This document shows positions 21,391 through 32,876 of a stretch of 64,000 nt of DNA, piece after piece; position 1 is the first letter of the stretch; each line of letters starts with the position of its first letter. The position numbers and the translations under genes were made by a program. The notes under the pieces are model-generated. The model saw only the letters and a program-made list of their open reading frames with translations. It made no database searches and was not told the DNA's origin. The DNA comes from Candidatus Marinacidobacterales bacterium (GTDB taxonomy: Bacteria > Acidobacteriota > Vicinamibacteria > Marinacidobacterales > SMYC01): the NCBI GenBank assembly GCA_965237955.1, contig OZ250169.1, positions 3,008,001-3,072,000 on the forward strand, in the 5' to 3' direction.

Positions 21391-21629
21391 GTAGCCGTGG
21401 CTGTTGTGGAGATCCACCCGGAGTCGATTCGCGGCCCTTGGATCGATGGATTCGTGCTAGATCGGCATGTAATCTCGAGCGCGCCTCTCGGGTACGTTGG
21501 CGAGCACATGCAGTTCGACACAACGCGTTCACCTCTTGGCGAACTCGTTTATCAGTTGAAATACAAGGACGGTAGGCCGGACGATATCGTCGAGACCGCC
21601 ACTGCCTTTGCGGAAGAGCATTGGAGGGG
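21391..21629 (+). pseudogene. ComF-like phosphoribosyltransferase N-terminal fragment
   Basis: GPWIDGFVLDRH...FDTTRSPLGELVYQLKY, cut by a MITE. Confidence 0.55.
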
Positions 21630-21743
21630 TGCCTTGGTGCATAAATACAGGTAAGTCATTGATTCCATCGACTCTGCTATTTTTGCACCAAAAACGTAAC
21701 CTGCTGATTCCTTTAGAGTTGTCCAGAGTTATGCACCAAGGCA
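21630..21743. mobile_element. 114-bp MITE with IS5 type 1-like ends
   Basis: TGCCTTGGTGCATAA ... TTATGCACCAAGGCA. Confidence 0.8.
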
Positions 21744-22168
21744 GGCTTCCGGCCTATCGCGGATGATGTCGATGACAAGAAGCTGCGAACGTGCAAATAA
21801 AACCCTGTGTTGCACGTTCGCATGTGGGAGGCTGGGTGTACGGCATTTTCACCCGCCTTCCCTCACAAGGGCGTCGTTGGGTCTTCGTCATACCCGCGAC
21901 GCTATCAAGGGGCGCGGCGTCTCCCTGTTTCTCCTTAGGCGCTGCGCTCCTACCCCCTCTTGAAAGGAGAGTCGAATGATGAAACGTGAGGAACGCGATC
22001 TACAGCAAGTCCTTGTAGGTGACGGTGTGGAATCGGCTGTGTTCGACAAGTCTCGAGCAATAGAACACAAGGTCGAACCGGGGACCGGGTTCGATCACAC
22101 TCCGGGCGAGTCCCTTTGGGAAACCGAGTTTCACAATTATGTGCGCCCGGCCGACGGCAACGTGTGGG

Positions 22169-23253
22169 GGCGTTGTTGCACGGCCCGGAGCAAATCGCTG
22201 ACCTCCCTGTGCCGGTTGCAGAGTCACCCGGCGCAGTACGTATCGGGCATCCCGAGCGCAGCCATCTTGTTGAGTATCTCGCACCCAATTCGGTGTTCAA
22301 CTCGTTGCCTCGCCAACGTTCGAGCCCGCATCTCCGGCCCGATGATCGCCTTGTAACGATAGACCGCGTTCTCCACCATGCTTCGCTTGGTGTAGCCTGA
22401 GAGCTTGTACCATTCACGTCGGCCGTGTCTTTCGATTGCACGAATATGGCGATCGCGCTCCTGCATGGCGGTGTTCGAATTCTGACTGAGCGTCGCGTTT
22501 CGTTGCGGCGGAATCACCACGCGCGTCCTTCGTCCAGGACTGTGCGCTTCGATGGCTTCGTAGACCGCTTCCTTGTCGAATGCACTGTCCGCCGCCACCG
22601 ACACTAGAGGTGCTTGAATCTGTGTTAGCAAAGCGGGGACTCGGGTTGCGTCGCGAGCGCGTGACGCCGTCAGTTCGGACGCAACAATGTTCCCTGTCTC
22701 GCGATCAACGGCGATGTGCAACTTGCGCCATGCGCGCAGCTTTGGCGGTTTGCGGGCGTTTCCAACATGAATCCTCAAGCCCGTGCTATCGATCATCAGG
22801 TGGATGGGTTGAGTGCTCGCGGCTTTCGGAATCCGCAGCTTCTTGCGGAGCAACCTCGAGCGCCGACACAACGTCGAGTAGTCCGGGATCTCGATACCGA
22901 GCCCAAGAAGCGAGGCGATCGAGTGCAAGAAGCCTTCGGTTTGTCGGTAGGCGAGCTTGTACACCATCCGGACAACCAGGCCCGTTTCAATCGCCATGTC
23001 TGAATAGACCCGTTGACCGCCAGGCTTACCGGTCTTGTCGGCCTTCCAGTTCGGGATTGCCTCCTCGTCAAACCAGACTGTCAAATCGCCCCGGCGGCGC
23101 AGCCCTTCGTTGTATTCCGCCCAGTTGCGAACGTGGTACTTCTTCTGCTTCGCGTGCTTGTACTGGCAGCGCTTGGGATACTTCATGCTCGAACATACCT
23201 CGGCCACCACCATAGGCGGATTTCGCTCTCAGCCAGAGCGGTGCAACAACGCC
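22169..23253 (-). mobile_element. IS5-family type 2, complete (transposase 22224-23186)
   Basis: IR GGCGTTGTTGCAC. Motifs IDSTGL, WRKLH and RSMVENAV. Confidence 0.92.
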
Positions 23254-23816
23254 CCTCCAGGGCGCGGTCCGTGGACGTCGATTCAAGACGACGAAGCCGG
23301 ATTCGAGCGGCGCTCGCCCGATGGACCTCGTGGAGCGCGACTTCAACGCCACACGCCCGAACGAGCTCTGGGTCTCGGACCTGACCTACATCGCTACGTG
23401 GCGCGGCTTCGTGTATGTCGCCTTCGTCATCGACGTCTTCGCTCGACTCATCGTCGGTTGGCGAGCGACGACATCGTTGACTGCAGGCATCGCTCTCGAT
23501 GCGTTGGAGCAGGCGCTGCACGAGCGCCGACTAGACCCAGAAGATACATTGGTGCATCACAGCGATCGCGGCGTGCAGTACGTCTCGACCCGTTACACCG
23601 AGCGGCTCGCCGAGGCGGGCATTGAGCCGTCCGTCGGCAGCCGAGGCGACTCCTACGATAACGCTTTGGCTGAATCCATCATCGGCCTCTACAAGACCGA
23701 GGTGATCCGTCGACGCGGGGCCCCTGGCGTGGTCTCGAGGATGTCGAGTTCGCCACCCTCGAGTGGGTGCATTGGTACAACACGCAACGACTCTTGGAGC
23801 CGATCGGAAATGTCGC
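23254..23816 (+). mobile_element. IS3-family OrfB fragment
   Basis: WVSDLTY, HHSDRGVQY and SYDNALAES motifs. Confidence 0.88.
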
Positions 23817-23926
23817 CCCCGTCCTGTGCCAAAACTCGGCCTTTTGAAACAGACCATAATATCAGCAGCTTAGTGTCTGTGTTTGCGACCGGGTCAAGAG
23901 CCGTGCTTCGGCTACCCACCCAACTT

Positions 23927-25116
23927 CTACCGGTCGGCAAGGGGTTCCGACAGCAACCGCCGCGCCGCTGCCAGGAGTCGATCCTTCCAGGCAACGCGTT
24001 CCCGCCAGTGGTCGGGGATGGCGTTCAGGCCGTAGAGGGCGCCGGCGAGCTGCCCCGTCACTGCTGCTACCGTATCGGCGTCGTCGGCCAGGTTGGCCGC
24101 GAGCAGCACCGCGCTGCGGAAGTCTCCGGTGCGGGCGACTGACCAAATGGCGGCTTCGAGCGTGTGAACGACGCACCCGCTGGAGCGGATCGTATCCCGT
24201 GTCCGTCCTCGCCAGCTGCCGGCTATGACCTGAGTGATTGCCGCCGCTCCCGTGAACCGTCTCGGAGCCAGAACGTCCGAGAACGGTGACCCGGCGATGG
24301 CGTCTGCCAGGAGTGCGCCGAACGCCCGGCAGGCGTCCACTGCTTCCTCGGCTCCGTGGGTCGTCCGGGACTGGTCGGCGGCTGCCGCGAGCAGGCGCGG
24401 CCGGTCGTGCCTGAACCGGAGCGCAACGGGGGCGAGCCGCATCAGCGAGCCGTTGCCTGCGCTCAAGGGATCGGTCGAACCCGCGACCGGGTCACCCGTC
24501 CGTAGGTACCGGGTGAGCGCTTGGCAGGTCGTGTTTCCGATGTCGAAGCAGTCTCCGCTCCACGAGTAGTCTCCGTCTCGCCACCACTTCACGAAACGGT
24601 CCATCAGGTCCCGGCAGTCGAGCGTCTTGGATTCCGCCAGGCTGTCGGCAAGGGCCAGCGCCATGGCCGTGTCGTCGGTCCAAGCACCGGCCGGCAGATC
24701 GAACGGGCCGCCACCGACCATGTCTTCTAGACGCGGCTGCGTATCGCGGGAGCAGAATTCGAGCGTCGTGCCGACCGCGTCGCCCACCGCCAGACCGAGG
24801 AAGGCCCCGAGCGCCCGGTCGTGGATGTCGTCCGCGGTCCGGGATGGAACCGATGGTGCTTGTGCCGAACACTGCCTCACGTGGGCCAGCTGGGAGTCGT
24901 TCTCGATGGTCCCTTCGTGGGCGTCGCGCACGCGGCGGATCGCATCGTCCGGTTGCACGCCCAACTCCACCAGCAGGCGGGCTGTGATGGTCCCGGCGCG
25001 TCCCAGACCACCCCGACAGTGGAGCAGCACGTCGAAGCCGAGCCGCAGTCGGTTCCTGATGGACTCGCCGGTGGCCTTCCAGGCGTGCTCGAAGTCCTGT
25101 TCCGGAGCCTCTCCGT
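23927..25116 (-). pseudogene. Phosphatase-ARH, 5'-truncated
   Basis: Begins at GEAPEQD at the IS5 junction. Confidence 0.85.
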
Positions 25117-26201
25117 GGCGTTGTTGCACCGCTCTGGCTGAGAGCGAAATCCGCCTATGGTGGTGGCCGAGGTATGTTCGAGCATGAAGTATCCCAAGCG
25201 CTGCCAGTACAAGCACGCGAAGCAGAAGAAGTACCACGTTCGCAACTGGGCGGAATACAACGAAGGGCTGCGCCGCCGGGGCGATTTGACAGTCTGGTTT
25301 GACGAGGAGGCAATCGCGAACTGGAAGGCCGACAAGACCGGTAAGCCTGGCGGTCAACGGGTCTATTCAGACATGGCGATTGAAACGGGCCTGGTTGTCC
25401 GGATGGTGTACAAGCTCGCCTACCGACAAACCGAAGGCTTCTTGCACTCGATCGCCTCGCTTCTCGGGCTCGGTATCGAGATCCCGGACTACTCGACGTT
25501 GTGTCGGCGCTCGAGGTTGCTCCGCAAGAAGCTGCGGATTCCGAAAGCCGCGAGCACTCAACCCATCCACCTGATGATCGATAGCACGGGCTTGAGGATT
25601 CATGTTGGAACCGCCCGCAAACCGCCAAAGCTGCGCGCATGGCGCAAGTTGCACATCGCCGTTGATCGCGAGACAGGGAACATTGTTGCGTCCAAACTGA
25701 CGGCGTCACGAGCTCGCGACGCAACCCGAGTCCTCTCTTTGCTAACACAGATTCAAGCACCTCTAGTGTCGGTGGCGGCGGACAGTGCATACGACAAGGA
25801 AGCGGTCTACGAAGCCATCGAAGCGCACAGTCCTGGACGAAGGACGCGCGTGGTGATTCCGCCGCAACGAAACGCGACGCTCAGTCAGAATTCGAACACC
25901 GCCATGCAGGAGCGCGATCGCCATATTCGTGCAATCGAAAGACACGGCCGACGTGAATGGTACAAGCTCTCAGGCTACACCAAGCGAAGCATGGTGGAGA
26001 ACGCGGTCTATCGTTACAAGGCGATCATCGGGCCGGAGATGCGGGCTCGAACGTTGGCGAGGCAACGAGTTGAACACCGAATTGGGTGCGAGATACTCAA
26101 CAAGATGGCTGCGCTCGGGATGCCCGATACGTACTGCGCCGGGTGACTCTGCAACCGGCACAGGGAGGTCAGCGATTTGCTCCGGGCCGTGCAACAACGC
26201 C
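25117..26201 (+). mobile_element. IS5-family type 2, complete (transposase 25184-26146)
   Basis: Same IRs and protein as 22169-23253. Confidence 0.92.
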
Positions 26202-27391
26202 ACGGAGAGGCACCGGAACAGGACTTCGAGCACGCCTGGAAGGCCACCGGCGAGTCCATCAGGAACCGGCTGCGGCTCGGCTTCGACGTGCTGCTCCACT
26301 GCCGGGGTGGTCTGGGACGCGCCGGGACCATCACAGCCCGCCTGCTGGTGGAGTTGGGCGTGCAACCGGACGATGCGATCCGCCGCGTGCGCGACGCCCG
26401 CGAATGGACCATCGAGAACGGCTCCCAGCTGGCTCACGTGAGGCAGTGTTCGGCACAAGCACCATCGGTTCCATCCCGGACCGCGGACGACATCCACGAC
26501 CGGGCGCTCGGGGCCTTCCTCGGTCTGGCGGTGGGCGACGCGGTCGGCACGACGCTCGAATTCTGCTCCCGCGATACGCAGCCGCGTCTAGAAGACATGG
26601 TCGGTGGCGGCCCGTTCGATCTGCCGGCCGGCGCTTGGACCGACGACACGGCCATGGCGCTGGCCCTTGCCGACAGCCTGGCGGAATCCAAGACGCTCGA
26701 CTGCCGGGACCTGATGGACCGTTTCGTGAAGTGGTGGCGAGACGGAGACTACTCGTGGAGCGGAGACTGCTTCGACATCGGAAACACGACCTGCCAAGCG
26801 CTCACCCGGTACCTACGGACGGGTGACCCGGTCGCGGGTTCGGCCGATCCCTTGAGCGCAGGCAACGGCTCGCTGATGCGGCTCGCCCCCGTTGCGCTCC
26901 GGTTCAGGCACGACCGGCCGCGCCTGATCGCAGCAGCCGCCGACCAGTCCCGGACGACCCACGGAGCCGAGGAAGCAGTGGACGCCTGCCGGGCGTTCGG
27001 CGAGCTCCTAGCGGACGCCATCGCCGGGTCACCGTTCTCGGACGTTCTGGCTCCGAGACGGTTCACGGGAGCGGCGGCAATCACTCAGGTCATAGCCGGC
27101 AGCTGGCGAGGACGGACACGGGATACGATCCGCTCCAGCGGGTACGTCGTTCACACGCTCGAAGCCGCCATCTGGTCAGTCGCCCGCACCGGAGACTTCC
27201 GCGGCGCGGTGCTGCTCGCGGCCAACCTGGCCGACGACGCCGATACGGTAGCAGCAGTGACGGGGCAGCTCGCCGGCGCCCTCTACGGCCTGAACGCCAT
27301 CCCCGACCACTGGCGGGAACGCGTTGCCTGGAAGGATCGACTCCTGGCAGCGGCGCGGCGGTTGCTGTCGGAACCCCTTGCCGACCGGTAG
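26202..27391 (+). pseudogene. Phosphatase-ARH, 5'-truncated
   Basis: Same breakpoint as the mirrored copy. The ARH domain is intact. Confidence 0.85.
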
Positions 27392-27679
27392 AAGTTGGGT
27401 GGGTAGCCGAAGCACGGCTCTTGACCCGGTCGCAAACACAGACACTAAGCTGCTGATATTATGCTCTGTTTCAAAAGGCCGAGTTTTGGCACAGGACGGG
27501 GTAGGCGTCGATACTTACAACTCTGTAAATTTCAAGACAAAGTCTCACAATTTTAATATGCCTCTTCCGGTCATTCATTCTGTTTTGCTCAATAGGTCAA
27601 CGCAGTACAGCAAAAAATCTAGCAAAGCATTTGGCGCGATGTTCGATGAGATCAAGAAGCGCACACAAGCACTACAGAC

Positions 27680-27799
27680 GGTACTGTCAAGTTGAGGTCT
27701 CGAGCTCGGACCGGGCCGCTAGATAATGGGGCTCGAGTGCACCGCGTTGCCAACATCTTGGGGTCGGATCGGCCCTCAATGCCTCAACTTGACAGTACC
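27680..27799. mobile_element. 120-bp IS6-type MITE
   Basis: 18-bp IR GGTACTGTCAAGTTGAGG, sharing its first 15 bp with the IS6 end at 10842. Confidence 0.82.
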
Positions 27800-28172
27800 G
27801 ATTGAACAGCTACTTTACGAGTTCGACACCCTTTCGAAGTGGAGTCGGCCCGTCACCGACGAAGAGCTTGCCCACGCGCAGGATAGCCTCGTCCGTGGTT
27901 TCGCCCAGCGTTTCGAGACGATGTCTCAAGTAGCCGGCGAGATAGCCGAGCTCGAGGGGTACGGTCTTTCCACCGACGAGCTCGGTCGCTACCCCGAGCG
28001 CATCGAGTCCATCACCAAGGATCAGCTCGAAGCTGCGGCCGCAAAATACCTGAACACGGACGAGGCCATTCTTTTGGTGGTGGGCGACGGCGAGAAAGTC
28101 GCGGACGGGTTGAGCGCGCTGGAATTCGGAAGCATGAAGCGGCTCGACGTAGAAGGAGAGTTGCTGGATTAG
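27800..28172 (+). pseudogene. M16 peptidase C-terminal fragment
   Basis: PVTDEELAHAQ...FET...IESITKDQLEAAAAKYL...LLVVGD. Confidence 0.7.
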
Positions 28173-28294
28173 ATTCGCCCGTCTGGTGCAGAAGATAGGT
28201 TGGAAAGTCAGCTCCACCCTTGCCCTCTTGCCGGTCCCGGACTTAGAGTGTCGCGATGAGCTGGCGGCCATACCTCTACGCCGAGACTCAGCGT

Positions 28295-28946
28295 CCCCGT
28301 CCTGTGCCAAAACTCGGCCCTCTTGAAATAGACCACAAATCAGCAGCTTAGTGTCTGTGTTTGCGACCGGACCAAGGGCCGTAGGCTTTACAATCGTCTG
28401 GCCCGAGGGCGTCCTGTGCCAAAACTCGGCCCAGCCGGCATCGACGAAAGAACTGCGCTTCTCGAAATCAGGCTCAAACTCTAGCAGGCGAACGGGTTAC
28501 ACGGCAGGCGCCAACATTTGACTGCGGAAGCACCCGAGTTCCATTCTTCGCCGCTGTACGCTACTAGGTGGAGGACCGCGATATGCGTCTCCATCGCGCG
28601 CAATCGACCGAGAGAACGACGGCATAGCCTGTGAGAGGTAAGATAAGATGCGACACTTCCCCATTCCCGTATGGATCGCTGTGCTCGCCACGGGCTCGTG
28701 GCACAACCCCGCCACGGCCCAGACGTCGTGGCGGGGCTTGGTGGTTGCCCCCGAATCCCGTTGCTCCCCGTCCTGTGCCAAAACTCGGCCCTCTTGAAAT
28801 AGATCATAAATCAGTAGCTTAGTGTCTGTGTTTGCGGAGGTGCCAAGGGCTGAGCGCGAACAAACGACGAAATCATGCAGGTATGGTCCCGGCAGACCGG
28901 AGACCGATCAAGTTCGGGGCGCGCGGATGAATAAATAGAAGGCACA
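28295..28946. mobile_element. Pile of nested element ends
   Basis: A ends at 28295, 28410 and 28766, a B-type IR at ~28510-28534, and a C end at ~28946. Confidence 0.75.
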
Positions 28947-28997
28947 ACCAGTCGACTTGCTTCCGCATCCCTCTTTGTCGCCCCTTGTTGGGCCCGA

Positions 28998-29348
28998 CCC
29001 CGTCCTGTGCCAAAACTCGGCCCTTTTGAAACAGACCGCAAATCAACAGCTTAGAGGCCCTTGGAATCCGCGCAGAATCCAGGGTATTTCGCGCCGCAGG
29101 GCTGGCTTCCGACCCCTGGGCTGCGGGTGGCGGGCGACAGGCCCACCGGGGGTGCGCACGGCCGGCTCAAATCGGCTGCGGGGCGAGCTTGCAGGCAACG
29201 AACTACGCACCCGGAAGGAATACGTATCCGACCGCGATGCCGGATTCAAGCAGCCCTTGGAAAGGTGCAAACTGCTGACCCGCTGGGCGTTCGAGTATTT
29301 TGACCAGACGGAATGTCGTGGCTGTCCGAGTTTTGGCACAGGACGGGG
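28998..29348. mobile_element. 351-bp MITE with A-type ends
   Basis: Inverted A ends. Related pieces lie at 18931, 40433 and (inverted) 63838-64000. Confidence 0.82.
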
Positions 29349-29442
29349 AATAGGCGAGATCCCGCATGCCACCACATGCGGTTCGTTGTGACGAACTGGC
29401 CCGGTGACCAATTCACCGTCGCCGCATCTTTGGAGGTGATCA

Positions 29443-30996
29443 GTGCGTATTCTACCCGCTTTGTTTCTGTTTTTTACTTTCCATTCGGTTCTGAGCGCTC
29501 AACCGTTCCGTGAGTCCAGGACCTTGTGGGCTAGCGACCCCGCGGAAGTGCCAGCGCTCGCCAGTGAGATCGACCGGATGCTGGACACCGATCAGCTTCA
29601 GTTCAAGCGTTCGCAGACGGACGGCACTTTCCCCGGCCGGACCCACGAACGAATGAACCAGTACCATCAAGGCGTCCGGGTTTTTGGCGGACAACTCGTG
29701 TGGCAGAAGCAGTCCGGGTTGGTGCTGTCGGCAACCGGCAACATCTACGAGGCTGTCGATGTCGGCGTGACCCCAACTCTCACGGTTGCCGAGGCGGAAG
29801 CGCGTGTGCTCGCACTTGAGGGACCGGAAGCGTTCATCGGCGGCGAGACCGAACTGGTGATCCTGCCACTTACCGATAGATATGCGCTCGCGTACTACGT
29901 TCGGACACGCAGTCCAGGTGCACTCCAGGTGTCGTTTATCGACGCCCATTCGGGCGAGCGACTTCTCACGTGGAACGATCTACATACTCAACATGAGGGC
30001 GTTGGCCTCGGGATCGGCACATGGGGAGACAGGAAGAAGATGACCTCTCAGGAGGCCGTCGGCACGTTCAGAGCCGTCGATACCATCCGGCCGTTCGGCA
30101 TCAAGACCTATGACGTGAACTTCAATGCCTATGCTTGGAATAATTACATGGCTGACACCGACGCATTTCTAGCGACCGACCGCGACAATGAGTGGACGGA
30201 TGGAGCCGTCGTGGATGCCCATGTGTATTCCGGGTACACATACGACTACTACTTCAAACGCTACAACCGGTACGGCATTGACGACCTAGGGCTCGTCGCT
30301 ACCAACTACGTTCACTTCTTACCGCAAAGCGCGGGGTTCAACAATGCCTTTTACGACTCATACGACAACTCAATGAACTATGGCGATGGGGACGGCATAG
30401 AGTCCACCTTCAACTCAGCAGCTCTTGATATTGTCGCGCACGAGATCACTCATGGAGTGACGAATCACTCCTCAGATCTGATCTACCGCAACGAGTCCGG
30501 GGCGCTCAACGAGGCGATATCCGACATCATGGGAGTGGCCACGGAATTCTTCTTTCAGCCTGTCGGGGACGGGAGACTGCAAGCTGACTGGGTAATGGAC
30601 GAGGACACTTTTATTAACTTTGGAGAGTATATCCGGTCTTTCTCCGACCCATTAAGCGCAAGGTACCCGAAACCGGATCACTACAGAATCCGGTACCTCG
30701 GAGACCTGGACCGTGGGGGTGTACATATCAACTCCAGCATTGTGAACCACGCTTTCTACTTGATGGTCATGGGCGGCACCAATCGGGTGTCCGGCATCAG
30801 CGTCAACGGCATCGGGTTCGAGCAAATGGACCGGATGGAACAGATCTTCTACAGGGCCTTCATGTACTACTTGGTCCCGAGCTCCAACTTCTCCGATGCT
30901 CGTGAAGCCACGATTCGCGCCGCAAGGGAACTCTACGGCGCCGGCGTCGAAGAACAGACCGTCCGTGCCGGATGGAATGCGGTAGGTGTCCAGTGA
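29443..30996 (+). CDS. Thermolysin-like M4 metallopeptidase (signal peptide, FTP/PepSY propeptide)
   Basis: NNAF, HEITH, GALNEAISD and GGVHINSS motifs. Confidence 0.93.
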   Translation: MRILPALFLFFTFHSVLSAQPFRESRTLWASDPAEVPALASEIDRMLDTDQLQFKRSQTDGTFPGRTHERMNQYHQGVRVFGGQLVWQKQSGLVLSATGNIYEAVDVGVTPTLTVAEAEARVLALEGPEAFIGGETELVILPLTDRYALAYYVRTRSPGALQVSFIDAHSGERLLTWNDLHTQHEGVGLGIGTWGDRKKMTSQEAVGTFRAVDTIRPFGIKTYDVNFNAYAWNNYMADTDAFLATDRDNEWTDGAVVDAHVYSGYTYDYYFKRYNRYGIDDLGLVATNYVHFLPQSAGFNNAFYDSYDNSMNYGDGDGIESTFNSAALDIVAHEITHGVTNHSSDLIYRNESGALNEAISDIMGVATEFFFQPVGDGRLQADWVMDEDTFINFGEYIRSFSDPLSARYPKPDHYRIRYLGDLDRGGVHINSSIVNHAFYLMVMGGTNRVSGISVNGIGFEQMDRMEQIFYRAFMYYLVPSSNFSDAREATIRAARELYGAGVEEQTVRAGWNAVGVQ

Positions 30997-31745
30997 GAAA
31001 AACATGCCTTGCTTTAGCGATAGTGCTTGCGCTCCCGGCGCTTCTTCATGCTCAGGAAGCCGAAGAACCAGAGAAGAAAGAGAAACGGGCTCAGTTCATC
31101 ATCCACGCGAACTACCTTCCGACGCTCCCGAACCTTGACGAGACCACTAGCTTCACGAGGTTCCTTGAGCAAGGTTCAACCAGCCGAGTGTACTCTGGAG
31201 GCAGCGGTACAGCTATCGAGGTTGGCGGAATGTACGCGCTGGCGTCGAGGTTTTCGTTCGGATTTAGCTTCGAACTCCTTCCAGCCTTGCAGGACGGGAC
31301 TCTGGACGTCTCGGAGCCGCACCCGCTGTTGTTCAACCAACACCTAAAGGCCAGCCAGACGCTCGATGAACTAGACTACTCAGAGTTCACGGTTCACACC
31401 GCTTTCGCGTACCGTATTGCGTCCGAGAGGATAGAGGTCGAGTTGTTCGCCGGTCCGAGTGTCTTCACAACGGAAATAGAATTGATCGACAAGGTTGTCC
31501 CGAAATCGGAGTACCCGTTCGACGAGATATCTCTAACTGGCGTTAGTAGCGTGACCCTGAACAACACCGCCATCGGCTTCAACGCTGGTGCTGGCTTGGC
31601 GTACTATTTCACGGAAACGTGGGGCGCGTCCTTCCTGGTACGCTTCAGTCAGGCTGACATTGAGGTCCAACGCGAGGGCGGGGAGCCTCTCGGTTTCAAA
31701 GCCGGCGGGTTACGGTTTGGAGGAGGAATCAGGATCAGGTTTTGA
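30993..31745 (+). CDS. Outer-membrane beta-barrel protein
   Basis: Signal peptide, alternating beta strands and a terminal IRIRF. GTGA overlap with the peptidase. Confidence 0.75.
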   Translation: MRKTCLALAIVLALPALLHAQEAEEPEKKEKRAQFIIHANYLPTLPNLDETTSFTRFLEQGSTSRVYSGGSGTAIEVGGMYALASRFSFGFSFELLPALQDGTLDVSEPHPLLFNQHLKASQTLDELDYSEFTVHTAFAYRIASERIEVELFAGPSVFTTEIELIDKVVPKSEYPFDEISLTGVSSVTLNNTAIGFNAGAGLAYYFTETWGASFLVRFSQADIEVQREGGEPLGFKAGGLRFGGGIRIRF

Positions 31746-31802
31746 AGCTGCTTCCCGGAGCTTCCCTTTTATACTTGAGGATGGGAGGCTGTGGAGAAAC
31801 CG

Positions 31803-31982
31803 ATGAGCGCAGAATTGATCGCAATCCTAGCGGTTGGCGTGACGATCGGAGGTCTACTCTTTAGCAATAACCGGAAACTTCGCCGTGACATTGCTGATCT
31901 CCGTGAGCGGATGGCTCGCCTTGAGGGGCTATTTGAGGGATTCATCACGGGAACTGGGAAGAAGGGCAGCGAGGTAGCTTGA
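31803..31982 (+). CDS. Small membrane-anchored coiled-coil protein
   Basis: N-terminal TM helix followed by IADLRERMARLEG. A GGAG RBS is present. Confidence 0.6.
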   Translation: MSAELIAILAVGVTIGGLLFSNNRKLRRDIADLRERMARLEGLFEGFITGTGKKGSEVA

Positions 31983-32000
31983 TGGTGTAGGAAGCCGTGG

Positions 32001-32543
32001 ATGGAGCGCGTCTTGGCGCGTCGCTCCAATACGTTTCGGCTCGAAACCGAGGCCGAGAATCGTTTCCTTCGCGTCGATAGCCGGAACTCTGCGTCGGCGC
32101 TTTGGCGGCGAGTCGATGTCACCGGCGAGCTCATCCTTTCGTGGCGATGGCGGGTGTCGACGAGCCTCGGGCACATTGACGACGTGCGGCGGCGGAGAAG
32201 CGACGACTATGCAGCAAGGGTCGCCGTCATGTTCGACGGGACGCCGTTCGCGCGCACGACGCCGCTTCTCATGTACGTGTGGGCGGGGAACGAGAGTGTC
32301 GGGAACGTGTACCCGAGCCCTTACAGCGACCAAGCGGCGACCATCGTCTTGAGAAGCGGGGACGTGGATAGCGGCGAGTGGTTCATGGAAGAGCGCGACG
32401 TGTCGGCGGATTTCGAGCGCTACTTCTGTCGACCTGCAGAGCGAGTCACCGGGGTCGTGCTCATGGTCGATACCGACAACACGGACTCGCAAGCCACCGC
32501 TTGGTTCGACGAGCTCGTGCTCCACCGCGACGCGGAGCCTTGA
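32001..32543 (+). CDS. DUF3047-like protein (start uncertain)
   Basis: LSWRWRV, DDYAARV, LMYVW, W..EERDV and LMVDTDNT. Confidence 0.75.
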   Translation: MERVLARRSNTFRLETEAENRFLRVDSRNSASALWRRVDVTGELILSWRWRVSTSLGHIDDVRRRRSDDYAARVAVMFDGTPFARTTPLLMYVWAGNESVGNVYPSPYSDQAATIVLRSGDVDSGEWFMEERDVSADFERYFCRPAERVTGVVLMVDTDNTDSQATAWFDELVLHRDAEP

Positions 32544-32551
32544 CCGCGCGT

Positions 32552-32876
32552 GGCGTTGTTGCACTGCTCTTGGCTGAGAGCGAAATCTGCCTATCGTGGT
32601 GGCCGGGGTCGGAGAGCAGATGATGCAAGAGGTAGCTTGAGGTCAGCCCAACAGGCTGGCGGCCGTCGACAATGGCACGGACGATGTCGGGTGCCAGGAA
32701 AGCATAGCGGATTGCCTCGATATTCGCTCTCGACTAGGTGGTCATCTGCATGGTGACGACCCGTCCGCCCAAGACAATTGTAGAGCCTACGGTCCTTGGC
32801 CCAGTCGCAAACACAGACACTAAGCTGTTGATTTATCAGCTATTTCAAAAGGGCTGAGTTTTGGCACAGGACGGGG
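32552..32876. mobile_element. IS5 type 2 left end joined to an element A right end
   Basis: GGCGTTGTTGCAC at 32552 and an A right-end block at ~32700-32876. Confidence 0.75.

Larger units (their letters stand above)
23817..27501. repeat. 3.7-kb palindrome: 1300-bp inverted arms around an IS5
   Basis: 23817-25116 is the reverse complement of 26202-27501 apart from scattered SNPs. Both outer termini are A ends. Confidence 0.9.

Noticed and set aside
23927-25357. 476-aa ORF as a novel fusion protein
   Set aside because: Its N-terminus is antisense IS5 sequence read through into truncated ARH.
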